A stretch of 40,335 bases of DNA, from assembly GCA_048938445.1 (NCBI GenBank), contig JBHLME010000029.1, forward strand, positions 1 through 40,335, written 5' to 3'. Under the pieces are notes generated by a model that saw nothing but the letters and a program-made list of their open reading frames with translations, made no database searches and was not told where the DNA came from. Shown here piece after piece: positions 19,301-27,686 of the stretch; within the stretch, counting starts at the first letter, position 1; each line of letters starts with the position of its first letter. The DNA is from Promethearchaeota archaeon. GTDB taxonomy: Archaea > Asgardarchaeota > Lokiarchaeia > Sigyniarchaeales > SOKP01. A program made the translations under genes and the position numbers.

Positions 19301-19990
19301 GGAGAACCTATATTTAAATTAAATGATCAAAACCTCTCTATTGGTTATACGGGATTAAATGAAGCTGTAAAGAGTTTGACCTCGTTTGAGCTCCATGAAA
19401 CAGATGAATCATACAACTTAGGGAAAAAAATATTAAATTACATGGTAGCTAAATGCAATTCAATGACTGAAAGAGATGGGAAATCATATTCTCTCTGGCA
19501 ACAGCCTTCAGAATCCAGCTCAAATCGTTTAGCAAGGCTGGATCTTAAACATTTTCCTAAAAAAGCCATAGTTCAATCATCAGGTAATTCTGCATATTAT
19601 ACCAATTCAGATCATTTTAGATACGACTCTAACATCCCTTTATCTGAAAGAATTAAAAAACAAGGTGATTACCACCCTATTGTTAGCGGAGGAGTAATAA
19701 CACATATATGGCTTGGAGAGCAAAAACCTGATATTCATGCTTTATGGGAACTTACAAAAAATATTTGTCTTAATACCAATACCGCTTATTTCGCTTATAC
19801 CACAGATTTTATTTTTTGTCCTTCTTGTAAGCAAATGTTTCGTGGTAATAAATTCAAGTGCCCAAAATGTAGTTCAAATGATGTTAAAGTGTATTCAAGA
19901 GTTACTGGATACTATAGCGAAGTTAATAGGTATAATGCGGGAAAAAAAGCGGAATGGAAGACAAGAAAGAGAGAAACCTTTTCTTTTTAA
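16349..19990 (+). CDS. nrdD: Anaerobic (class III) ribonucleoside-triphosphate reductase with ATP cone, intein-containing
   Basis: ATP cone (FDPLKI...IREIV), DENAN, AHLYGDIHIH, QCCR finger loop, YYTNS, CPSC...CPKC, glycyl-radical loop SRVTGYY. Confidence 0.96.
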   Translation: MGLFSNTVEGNSERSKYLRNLLPRVFRTEGDVVEFDPLKIEESIVKETGLDKESADKITEIAVRRIISSGIKFLSGPHIREIVCSVLSEQHFEEERKLYTRIGMPLMDYEAILEHGVDENANQDMNPESIHHWAANRISDEYALLRLLDSEESKAHLYGDIHIHMLRYFDLRPFCQEWDPRMILENGLPPVDSWPHCNKSGPAGSLRVAVTHLAKWLGIIQGEFSLPHWEKVLIEENGILYWRQIGDVVNENLKALKKIYTFAFNPQTLKMEKYQITNVRKHKCNEPFLKFKLEYGREITVTQHHSLFTIENGKVIPIKGENLKIGDFLVIPKKINYNNKLKSVNIINLIQQYSQDMSRWYVRSTRDILTTKQIAELRKIDKWANQHLHSDSVPLDIFIKLNVDPSKFKHIQLGMARSPYIIPADIPITKELLFILGIFVAEGSGSYKHFNLTLGIHEENLINEIKQDFYSVFKVELKDRHPHNSVNQLSINSDLFRELFEDLFQIGHGAHNKRVPFFVFGLEEQYMRNFLRGYFLGDGHCRNSNLNKKRIRNEISGKTVSEQLIEDLNFLLLKLGIVSSINYREDGNTISIYGKEFLEIFLQSFKEEDLKWIVEQTDFKMSPIPLQLPTNHCGLREHYGKSFDLNHIERGVINQKQRIGRTNLNKILMKVPDSSYKSRLTKFLESDLTVLKIKDIIKLPEEEYAYDFEVAPNGELIENFVGGKGLIIAHNSGGQGYDYITTFLAPYARGVSDREIEQSMQCLIFETNQIFAARGGQVPFTSISCTPTVPEGLFNIPAIGPHGKKVGYYGDYKDECLKLFDALTDVYIKGDYNGRLFAFPKHEVKIKKEWLKEFETSYLKLMEEVVSMGTPYFLNMCPDWMPDEIHSQCCRKFLSGNEIISRCILDPEKRKNANVWENYVTIGSLQSVSLNLPRYAYMSKTLEEYFRILDEKMELTARILLKKWDLMEKRLKTGHLPLCSGTIKGEPIFKLNDQNLSIGYTGLNEAVKSLTSFELHETDESYNLGKKILNYMVAKCNSMTERDGKSYSLWQQPSESSSNRLARLDLKHFPKKAIVQSSGNSAYYTNSDHFRYDSNIPLSERIKKQGDYHPIVSGGVITHIWLGEQKPDIHALWELTKNICLNTNTAYFAYTTDFIFCPSCKQMFRGNKFKCPKCSSNDVKVYSRVTGYYSEVNRYNAGKKAEWKTRKRETFSF
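17021..18541 (+). mobile_element. 507-aa intein with LAGLIDADG homing endonuclease in NrdD
   Basis: GEF|SLPHWE start, block B ITVTQHHSLF, endonuclease motifs LGIFVAEGS and FLRGYFLGDG, AYDFEV, terminal IIAHN|S. Removal restores GEF-SGGQG. Confidence 0.93.
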
Positions 19991-20042
19991 GAATTTTTTT
20001 TATAATTTTTAAAACTAATACAAACTAAAGAATGATCGTTGT

Positions 20043-20056
20043 AAAAAGTTTATAAA
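20043..20056 (+). promoter_or_regulatory. Putative BRE/TATA promoter of the 20101 gene
   Basis: AAAAAG followed by TTTATAAA about 45 nt upstream of the ATG; the AT-rich background lowers specificity. Confidence 0.4.
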
Positions 20057-20100
20057 TAAATTATATAAAATAATAAAACGTAATTACAATAGAAAATGAA

Positions 20101-20883
20101 ATGGTAGATTTCTCTTCAAAAAAATTAATCGTTAAATTTATCGATGCTAATTGGAGATTACTTTACATTGTTTTGATGAGTTTCTTTATGATTACCATGA
20201 TTATATGTAATTTGATAGCAAAAGATGGTTGGGACTTATTTTCAATCATCATGATTGTATGGTTGCTTTGTTCAATTTATATACCAAAATATTCAACTAC
20301 ACGTTCCAGAGCATTCATCATTCTTGTTTTCTTTATCTTTCTCGATGGATTAATCGACAGCTTGTCTACTGGATTTTGGAATTGGATAGGGTACCCTTGG
20401 ATTTTATGGTATAATTATGGATTATATCCATTAACACATCCACTTAGCATCATCTATCTCGTGACTTTATGGGTATTTGCCATTCCTTATAGGTCCCTTA
20501 TAATCGGAAAATATTTTGTCATAAATTATTACAATATAGATTTCAATGATCGACCGCAACGATTTGAAAAGTTTTTTGATAAAGAGAGAAAAAGAATCAT
20601 ATTATTTTATTTTACAGGATTGGTTATTGTAATGAGTTTTATCTGTGATTGGATTAATTTTTTAGTAAGACCAGAAATACCAGATTTCGATAATTATATT
20701 CCACCACTTGGTCTCTGGACCCCTGAAAAAATGGCAATAAGAACTACGATACTATTAATAGTCGGGGTTTATTGTTTTTATTTAGCCGTTCGAGAAAAAG
20801 AAACTAAGAGCTCATCAGTAGTAATTCTTCTTATTTTTATTTTAATTATAAGTTCAATAACATTTCTAATTGCATATATCTGA
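20101..20883 (+). CDS. Hypothetical polytopic membrane protein (about 7 TM, Trp-rich)
   Basis: 260-aa ORF with multiple hydrophobic helices. Confidence 0.75.
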   Translation: MVDFSSKKLIVKFIDANWRLLYIVLMSFFMITMIICNLIAKDGWDLFSIIMIVWLLCSIYIPKYSTTRSRAFIILVFFIFLDGLIDSLSTGFWNWIGYPWILWYNYGLYPLTHPLSIIYLVTLWVFAIPYRSLIIGKYFVINYYNIDFNDRPQRFEKFFDKERKRIILFYFTGLVIVMSFICDWINFLVRPEIPDFDNYIPPLGLWTPEKMAIRTTILLIVGVYCFYLAVREKETKSSSVVILLIFILIISSITFLIAYI

Positions 20884-21155
20884 CTAATATTTTACTTGAA
20901 ATCATCTAAATATAAGAATAGTCATCATTAAAAATTTTATCTATTTCTTCCCTAAACTATAAATTTAAAATCAAATTTATCTTTTTTTTCTTTCTATGCA
21001 ATAATTATTCGAAAAATTAGAAAAATAGGCAATAACATTTTTTTAAAAACTACTATATGAAAATTATACGTTTTGAGTTAATTATGTTATTAATCTGACA
21101 ATTAGTATTTCATAATATATTTTAATTTATGAAATAAGAATAGTGTAAATCTAAA

Positions 21156-21473
21156 ATGAGTAATAATGCTAATTTAAATGAGATTTAAGAAAAAGGTGAT
21201 TTGTGGATAGTTAAACATAGTGGATATTGGAGCCCTTTATCAATGATGTATGCAATTATTGAGGAAGTAGGATAAGTTGCTCGAGAAATAAATAACCATG
21301 AGGGATATAAACCTAAAAAGACTGAAGAAAAATCTAATTTAACAGATGAATTGGGAGATCTACTATTTTCAATTATTTGTTTAGCAAATCATTATAAAAT
21401 AAATCTAAATAAACCATTTTTCTACACATTGAGAAAATATTCATTTAGGTATGCTGAATGATTTTTAAAATAA
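21156..21473 (+). pseudogene. MazG-like nucleotide pyrophosphohydrolase pseudogene (paralog of 23368-23688)
   Basis: Reads MSNNANLNEI*EKGDLWIVKHSGYWSPLSMMYAIIEEVG*VAREINNHEGYKPKK...DELGDLLFSIICLANHY...YAE*FLK, with stops at 21186, 21273 and 21459; collinear with the intact copy. Confidence 0.9.
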
Positions 21474-21745
21474 CTTTTTGAACAATCTAAAATTTCCTAG
21501 GAATTTATTTCAATATTAAATTTATACTAACGTAAGTTATTAAAAAAATTATCAAAAATTAATAATAACTGCTCTCCTTGATCAAAACAACGTGATAGAT
21601 GATTCTATAATGTTTTTTCCATATTTATGATGCATAGAAACATTTAAATACGAATATGTCTCTTATTTTATTTACTCAAATAAACGCTTAATCCAATAGA
21701 AGAATATTTAATTGATTAAATAAACATAAAAGGAAGGGAAAAAAT

Positions 21746-22807
21746 ATGATAAAAACAAAAATAACAAAAATGTTAGGGATAGAACATCCTATCATTGCTG
21801 CTCCTATGGGGCCTTTTTATACCCATAAACTATGTGTAGCAGTGTCAGAAGCCGGAGGTCTAGGTGTATTAAGCCATATTACTTTACATGGAACAGTTAG
21901 TTTAGAAAAAATGAAAGAAAGTATGGAATATGTTGTTGAACATACCGATAAACCATTCGGATTTAATATTAGAACAGCTTCACTACAGCCAGATGCTATT
22001 AAGCTTTGTCGGCAAATTCCAAAATTTATAATGAGTAAACCGAGAATCAAAGAACAATGTAAATATCTAATTACAAGCGCTGGATCTCCAAGACTTGCTC
22101 AAAATAAATATTTTGAAGCATTAAAAGAAGGAAGCTCTGGTATAAAACATTTTCATGTAGTACCCTCATTAGAACTGGCTGAAAAAGTAGTTAAAGCAGG
22201 TGTTGATGGAATAGTCGCAACTGGACATGAAGGAGGCGGACATCAATCCTATGAAAACACAAGTACTTTAGTTTTAATGCAACAGATAAGAACAAAATTA
22301 CCTTATGTTCCAATAATCGCATGTGGAGGTTATGCTACCGGAGAGGGACTAGCCTCTGCCCTAGCAATGGGTGCAGGTGCTATTGCTATGGGATCTAGAT
22401 TTATTGCAACTAAAGAGTGTGAATTTCATGATAACTATAAAAATGTTGTTGTGAATTCGAGTGTATCTGATACAAAATTAATAACTGGCGTTTTCGGACC
22501 AGCTAGGGTGTGGAAAAATAAGTTTGCAAAAACGAAAGAGGTAGTGGCAAATAGAGAAGAAAAAAAAGCAGGAGAAACTTCAATTTCATTTGTAAGTGAA
22601 GAAGTAGAAAAGTTAGAGAAAGCTTATAGAGGTAATATTGAAGATGGTAGTATTCTTTTAGGGCAGAGTAGTGGACTTATATTTTCCATAAGAAATGTAT
22701 CAGAAATAATAGAAACGATCGTAAAAGATGCAGAAGTCTGCATAAAAAATGCATATGGTATGTTATTAAAATCCTCAATTAAAACTCCAAAAGCCTTAGC
22801 TTATTAA
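21746..22807 (+). CDS. Nitronate monooxygenase / FabK-like FMN oxidoreductase
   Basis: HPIIAAPM, AVSEAGGLG, GHEGGGH, IIACGG, GAGAIAMGSRF and GQSSGLI motifs. Confidence 0.9.
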   Translation: MIKTKITKMLGIEHPIIAAPMGPFYTHKLCVAVSEAGGLGVLSHITLHGTVSLEKMKESMEYVVEHTDKPFGFNIRTASLQPDAIKLCRQIPKFIMSKPRIKEQCKYLITSAGSPRLAQNKYFEALKEGSSGIKHFHVVPSLELAEKVVKAGVDGIVATGHEGGGHQSYENTSTLVLMQQIRTKLPYVPIIACGGYATGEGLASALAMGAGAIAMGSRFIATKECEFHDNYKNVVVNSSVSDTKLITGVFGPARVWKNKFAKTKEVVANREEKKAGETSISFVSEEVEKLEKAYRGNIEDGSILLGQSSGLIFSIRNVSEIIETIVKDAEVCIKNAYGMLLKSSIKTPKALAY

Positions 22808-22862
22808 AAGCTCATTTTTTATAAATCTAATAATTTCTGTTAAAAATATATTAAAAAATTAA

Positions 22863-23198
22863 ATGAGGTTCAAACAGATGGCTAAAAAATGTAATTTAAC
22901 AAGAGAAGAGATAAAAGGATTATACAAAAAAAAAGAACTACTGAACGAAAAAACAATCCACTATAATTGTTTCAGAGCAATGGCGAATGACACTCGAAGA
23001 AACCTTTTAAAATATATCAATCATAAAACTAGAACTTTCAGTGACATAAAAAAGGAGTTTAAATTAGATGAGAACCAACTTAAATATCATTTATCAATGT
23101 TGGAGCAATGTTTCTTTATAATTAATTCAAAAGATGGCTGGAAGTCGACACCTGGAGCCTTAGCGTTTTTAAAGAATGTTTTAATGAAGAATAAATAA
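22863..23198 (+). CDS. ArsR-like winged-helix protein
   Basis: FRAMANDTRRNLL...FSDIKKEF...LKYHLSMLE...TPG pattern. Confidence 0.8.
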   Translation: MRFKQMAKKCNLTREEIKGLYKKKELLNEKTIHYNCFRAMANDTRRNLLKYINHKTRTFSDIKKEFKLDENQLKYHLSMLEQCFFIINSKDGWKSTPGALAFLKNVLMKNK

Positions 23199-23367
23199 AG
23201 AGCTTGAACATTAAATCAATATTAAATTTCACATATAGAAATACAAAAGTGGTTTAATAATTTGAAAAAATTAATTTGTATTATTTTAAAAAATTTAAAA
23301 TTATTGAACTAATTATTGAGAGATTTTTGCTCATAAATGATTTATTTTATATTTAATATTTTTCCTT

Positions 23368-23688
23368 ATGATTCACGATGAAGAATCTTTGCAAGACATT
23401 CAAAAGAAAGTTGACGACTGGATAATTAGAAATGGAGGATATTGGAATCCATTATCAATGACTTGTGCAATTATAGAAGAAGTGGGAGAAGTTGCTCGGG
23501 AAATTAATTCAATTGAAGGATATAAACCGAAAAAATCCTATGAAAAATCTGATTTAGCAGAAGAAATGGGAGATTTAGTTTTTTCAATTATTTGCTTGGC
23601 AAATTACTATCAGGTTGATTTAGGGGACTCCATTTTAAAAACCATAAAAAAATATTCCACGAGAGACGCCAACCGGTTTTTAAAATAA
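23368..23688 (+). CDS. MazG-like (YpjD-type) nucleotide pyrophosphohydrolase
   Basis: VDDWI, GYWNPL, EEVGEVARE, EEMGDLVF, LAN and RDANRF motifs. Confidence 0.9.
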   Translation: MIHDEESLQDIQKKVDDWIIRNGGYWNPLSMTCAIIEEVGEVAREINSIEGYKPKKSYEKSDLAEEMGDLVFSIICLANYYQVDLGDSILKTIKKYSTRDANRFLK

Positions 23689-23692
23689 GTTA

Positions 23693-24295
23693 TTAATCGA
23701 GATCTTTCCATGAATTAATTTTAATGGTTTTAATCTCTTTACTAATTAATTTTGATATCTCATCCAATCGTTCTAATATTAATTTGTCAGTATAATTGGT
23801 AATTTCTGAAATAAAATAAAGATCTTTACTATTCCATTTTTCATTTTTTAATTGATTGATTAGTCGTTCAATTTTTTTTTTTAATCCCTCTAATGCGCTA
23901 TCAGGAAGATTAGGATTAATTTTTTTATAGTCTTCAATAAACAAAGGACCTCCAGTTACGATTAAATACTTAGGATTTATACCCATATTTTTTAATTTTT
24001 TTTTTGAAGAATTAGCAGAAATCAATGCAAAATGACCTTTACTCAGTAAATCAAGAATTTTATTTTTTTGAGATTTATCGTTTTTTTCTTGTTCTGATAA
24101 ATCTGGTCTGTCCAAATATTTAAGGAATATAGGATGAAGCTTTTTTTGAAGTGAATTTAAGTGTAAGAGGAATTTTTCGTTCATCGAATCATTTAATTCA
24201 TAATTGGGAACCACGTTTCGTATCAAAACCTTAATATCAATTAAATCATCTATTGCTGATATGAGCGTTTTAACTTCTTCGGGATTAATCTTAAT
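23693..24295 (-). CDS. DUF2100-like archaeal protein; true start probably upstream of the annotated TTG (24226)
   Basis: PNYEL, NSSKKKLKNMGI, IVTGGPL..EDYKKINPNLP and TDKLI resemble DUF2100 proteins. Frame stays open upstream as IKINPEEVKTLISAIDDLIDIKV; the 24295 (ATT) start is inferred. Confidence 0.65.
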   Translation of the reverse strand: MKINPEEVKTLISAIDDLIDIKVLIRNVVPNYELNDSMNEKFLLHLNSLQKKLHPIFLKYLDRPDLSEQEKNDKSQKNKILDLLSKGHFALISANSSKKKLKNMGINPKYLIVTGGPLFIEDYKKINPNLPDSALEGLKKKIERLINQLKNEKWNSKDLYFISEITNYTDKLILERLDEISKLISKEIKTIKINSWKDLD

Positions 24296-24455
24296 ACACT
24301 TGGAATAAATTAATTTATTATCTTAAGTAATTTTTTAAATTATAATAACATTTTTCATAAACCAAAAAAAAGAAAAAAAATGAATCTTTTAATAATTCAA
24401 TAACACAATTTTATATTAATTTAACATATCAAATACAATTAAATCTCGATTAATA

Positions 24456-25163
24456 ATGGGTAAAAAATCAACCTCCTTAGGAATAAAAACTTCAAGATAT
24501 TATACTAAAATTTGCGTTAAATGTGATACAGAATATCCAAATTGGTTTACTAACTGTCCTAATTGTGGCGCGGTTTGGAATGAAAATGAAGCGCGAGAAC
24601 GTGAAAAATCTGAAGATCTAGTTAATAAAAATATCAAAATCGTTGTAAAAATAACAGAAGAAGATTTCAATGAAGAAATAGTAGATGTAAAATTAATCTT
24701 CTCGGCAGACCAAGGAAAAACATGGTATCAAATGAACATGAATAATCAAATTGATCATTACATGGCAGAAATCAATAAGGTTCCTCAAAATTCCGTAATC
24801 ATCTACTATATTGAAGTATATTTAGCAAATGGAGAAAAAATTGTTGAGAATAATGAGGGAAAATACTTTTATTATAAAGTGGGCGTTATTAAAGAAGAAA
24901 CAAAAGAAGAACCTCCCTTAGGTTTTACTGAACAAATTAAAGAAAATATTGCTACCTCTCAAGCAATACCTCAAACTTATGACAATATTCCCATTGAACA
25001 GTTATCTGATGATGATAAAAAAAAATTATTACAAAAAAATTTAACAATTTTTGGTAAACCTCAAACACAGATTGATCCAAATCTAATAACTTGCCCTAAT
25101 TGTAATTCTAAAATAAAAAATATTTGGACAAGTTGTCCTATTTGTAAAAAAGAGATTACATAA
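24456..25163 (+). CDS. Hypothetical protein with N- and C-terminal zinc ribbons and a central beta-rich domain
   Basis: CVKC...CPNC at the N-terminus, CPNC...CPIC at the C-terminus; central FSADQGKTW...YYIEV...ENNEGKYFYY. Confidence 0.8.
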   Translation: MGKKSTSLGIKTSRYYTKICVKCDTEYPNWFTNCPNCGAVWNENEAREREKSEDLVNKNIKIVVKITEEDFNEEIVDVKLIFSADQGKTWYQMNMNNQIDHYMAEINKVPQNSVIIYYIEVYLANGEKIVENNEGKYFYYKVGVIKEETKEEPPLGFTEQIKENIATSQAIPQTYDNIPIEQLSDDDKKKLLQKNLTIFGKPQTQIDPNLITCPNCNSKIKNIWTSCPICKKEIT

Positions 25164-25174
25164 GCATTCTTTTT

Positions 25175-27157
25175 TTATAAAGGTGCACCGCATTTGTTGC
25201 AAAAAGCATAGTCAGATGAAAGCATCGTCCCACATTGTGAGCAAATAACTGTTCTTTTTTGCGTTTCTTGAACTTGAAAAGGAAGATTTTGAGTACTTGG
25301 GGGTGTTCGTGATTCAATTGCCTTTTCTAAATCAGCAATATTCGGGATAGAATTTAATACTGAAGGTTCCTCTGTTGATGTTTCAATTATTGGTGTAAAG
25401 GGTGTAAAGACGGTACTTTTTTTCTCTTTCTTTGTTTTGCTTGCAAGTGCTTCTATGAGGGAAGGTTCCTCCTTTTTAAATAAATCTGGTGGTGGTGTTG
25501 GAACAGGAGAAATATCTATATCTGGCTCTATGATATGCTCTTTTTTGCTTTTTTTCTCTTTTTTTTCTTGTTTTGCTTTTTTTGCTTCTTCTATTTTTCT
25601 TTGTTTCTCCAATTTCGCAGCTTCTTTTGCTTCTTGGGCCTCTCTTATTTTCCTTTCCTTCTCTTCCTTAGCTTCTCTTATTTTCCTTTCCTTCTCTTCC
25701 TTAGCTTCTCTTATTTTCCTTTCCTTCTCTTCCTTAGCTTCTAGTGCTAACCTTTCTTTCTCTTCCTTAGCTTCTAGTGCTAACCTTTCTTTCTCTTCCT
25801 TAGCTTCTAGTGCTAACCTTTCTTTCTCTTCCTTAGCTTCTCGTGCTAACCTTTCTTTCTCTTCTTTTGCTAGCTGGGCTTCTCTTATTTTTCTCTCTTT
25901 CTCTTCTAATTTTTTCTGTTTTTCAATTTCTTTCTGTTCTTTTTTTGATAATATTGTTTCTGGCATATAATCAATTAAAGAGCTAGAGTCAGAGGGTTTA
26001 TATTCTCCCGAGAGAAAGGGAACGGCCTTTTCTGAGGGGGAAGATATTGTTTCTGTTTGTTTAATTTCAACAGGAACCTTAAAACCTTCAGGAGGAGGTA
26101 CTTGAACAGGAGCACTTGAAGAGAATGGGACAGTTTCCGGTTTGAAAGTGGTACTGGAAGGTGCTCCTAATTTCTGTGATGGTTTTTTCTGAGTTTTGGA
26201 GGTAATTTCTTCGATTGGACTAGGTTCGGGTACGGGAGGTGCGGCAAATTCTATCTCGGGTTCGGGTTCGAACGAAGGTGCAGGAGGTGTTTTTTCGACT
26301 GGACTAGGTTCGGGTACGGGAGGTGCGGCAAATTCTATCTCGGGTTCGGGTTCGAACGAAGGTGCAGGAGCTGTTTCTTCGATTGGACTAGGTTCGGGTA
26401 CGGGAGGTGCGGCAAATTCTATCTCGGGTTCGGGTTCGAACGAAGGTGCAGGAGGTGTTTTTTCGACTGGACTAGGTTCGGGTACGGGAGGTGCGGCAAA
26501 ATCTATCTCAGGCTCAGGTGAAAATGAAGTTTCACTTCTAACAGGTGTTTGGATTGAACCGGTCATAGAAATAGGTATTTTTCCAGGGCTAAAAACGATT
26601 TTTTCTGCGAGTAACTGATCTGGTACTCCTTCACCAATCATTAAACACGCTAAGACAGAAAAACAATCTCCAACTCTATCTCCTGTTTTTGCTGAAGTTT
26701 CCATATAATATAAATCAAATTTATTACTAAAATCATTTATTTCCTCCATTGATACTGCTCTTTGGCTTGTTAAATCACTTTTATTCCCCACAAGTAAAAA
26801 AGGTATCTCGTTTCTCACATTTGCTCTGACCTCTTCAATCCACATGGGTAAATGCTCGAAACTTTCATAATTTGTTAAATCAAAAATGATTAGTGCTCCT
26901 AAAGATCCTCTATAATACATTGGTCGTATGGAACTAAATCGTTCTTGACCTCCAGTATCCCAAATCTGTAATTTACATCGTATTGTTCCTTCATGACTTT
27001 CAATTGCAATTGTTTTTACATGAAAATCAACTCCGATAGTCATCTTATAGTCTTCAGTAAAAAAATCCTTTGAAAATCTTATAGTAAGGGCAGTCTTCCC
27101 AACGCCTCCATCACCAACTACAATAGTTTTAAACAAGTAATCGTATTCCTCTACCAT
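25175..27157 (-). CDS. Rab-like small GTPase with Pro-rich repeats, charged helical repeats and C-terminal zinc ribbon
   Basis: YDYLFK, GDGGVGKT, TIGVDF, LQIWDTGGQERF, YYRG, GNKSD and ETSAK motifs; tail ends CSQC...CNKCG. Confidence 0.92.
   Translation of the reverse strand: MVEEYDYLFKTIVVGDGGVGKTALTIRFSKDFFTEDYKMTIGVDFHVKTIAIESHEGTIRCKLQIWDTGGQERFSSIRPMYYRGSLGALIIFDLTNYESFEHLPMWIEEVRANVRNEIPFLLVGNKSDLTSQRAVSMEEINDFSNKFDLYYMETSAKTGDRVGDCFSVLACLMIGEGVPDQLLAEKIVFSPGKIPISMTGSIQTPVRSETSFSPEPEIDFAAPPVPEPSPVEKTPPAPSFEPEPEIEFAAPPVPEPSPIEETAPAPSFEPEPEIEFAAPPVPEPSPVEKTPPAPSFEPEPEIEFAAPPVPEPSPIEEITSKTQKKPSQKLGAPSSTTFKPETVPFSSSAPVQVPPPEGFKVPVEIKQTETISSPSEKAVPFLSGEYKPSDSSSLIDYMPETILSKKEQKEIEKQKKLEEKERKIREAQLAKEEKERLAREAKEEKERLALEAKEEKERLALEAKEEKERLALEAKEEKERKIREAKEEKERKIREAKEEKERKIREAQEAKEAAKLEKQRKIEEAKKAKQEKKEKKSKKEHIIEPDIDISPVPTPPPDLFKKEEPSLIEALASKTKKEKKSTVFTPFTPIIETSTEEPSVLNSIPNIADLEKAIESRTPPSTQNLPFQVQETQKRTVICSQCGTMLSSDYAFCNKCGAPL
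25638..25870. repeat. 33-bp tandem repeat, about 7 copies (EAKEEKER-LAL/KIR)
   Basis: Near-identical units such as gcttctagtgctaacctttctttctcttcctta are directly visible. Confidence 0.93.
26208..26518. repeat. 84-bp tandem repeat, about 3.7 copies (PEPEIEFAAPPVPEPSPVEKTPPAPSFE)
   Basis: tggactaggttcgggtacgggaggtgcggcaaa recurs every 84 nt; locally GC-rich. Confidence 0.93.
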
Positions 27158-27514
27158 TCGAAGCCACTATTTAATTATCTTTTAATCTTGTATAATTTAA
27201 TGTTAATTATTAACTATTCTACTTTTCTTTATATAATAATGATAATAATGGTATTTTATTTTTTTTATTTTTATTTAAAAAACATTAAAATTTCTTTAAT
27301 GATACACAGTATTGTAAATTTTAATTACTTGTAGAGTTTTACTAATTTTATATTTAATAAAGGGTTTTAAAAACTCTAAAAGTATTCACGAAAGTATTAT
27401 TCTTTTATCTTGCGTTATAATATAATTTTTTTTCCTTTAATAATTCCTTTTTTTTAAACAATTCTCTTTATTTTTTTAATTTATTAAATTGAATTGAAAA
27501 AAATGAATAATTAG

Positions 27515-27622
27515 AGCCAAGGACGAGATTTGAACTCGTGTAAATCCACTCACAACATGCATTCAATCATGGCATAATGCAACTCTGCAGGCGAACGCTC
27601 TACCGGGCTAAGCGACCTTGGC
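27515..27622 (-). tRNA. tRNA-Cys(GCA) with a 34-nt anticodon-loop intron (about 27551-27584)
   Basis: Acceptor GCCAAGG/CCTTGGC, discriminator U, anticodon arm TTCGC-CTGCAGA-GTGGA, T arm ACGAG-TTCAAAT-CTCGT. Exact splice sites are ambiguous because GAGT flanks both ends. Confidence 0.88.
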
Positions 27623-27686
27623 AAATAAGCTTGAAATGCATAAATTCATATAATATAAAGGTAGATCGATTATTAATTTTTTGATT

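Noticed and set aside
21156-21473. Stop-codon readthrough or alternative genetic code in the MazG-like copy
   Set aside because: Stops are TAA, TAA and TGA at Gln, Glu and Arg positions, and TAA/TGA terminate normal genes here, so pseudogenisation is simpler.
26208-26518. Possible CRISPR array
   Set aside because: No unique spacers; units are in-frame coding repeats; no cas genes in the window.
25437-26618. Plus-strand ORFs of 177, 69 and 140 aa with SLASS/GSGTGG repeats
   Set aside because: Antisense shadows of the repeat-rich Rab tail.
27332-27378. Inverted repeat TAGAGTTTT/AAAACTCTA
   Set aside because: AT-rich single instance; no target-site duplication or transposase to suggest a MITE.
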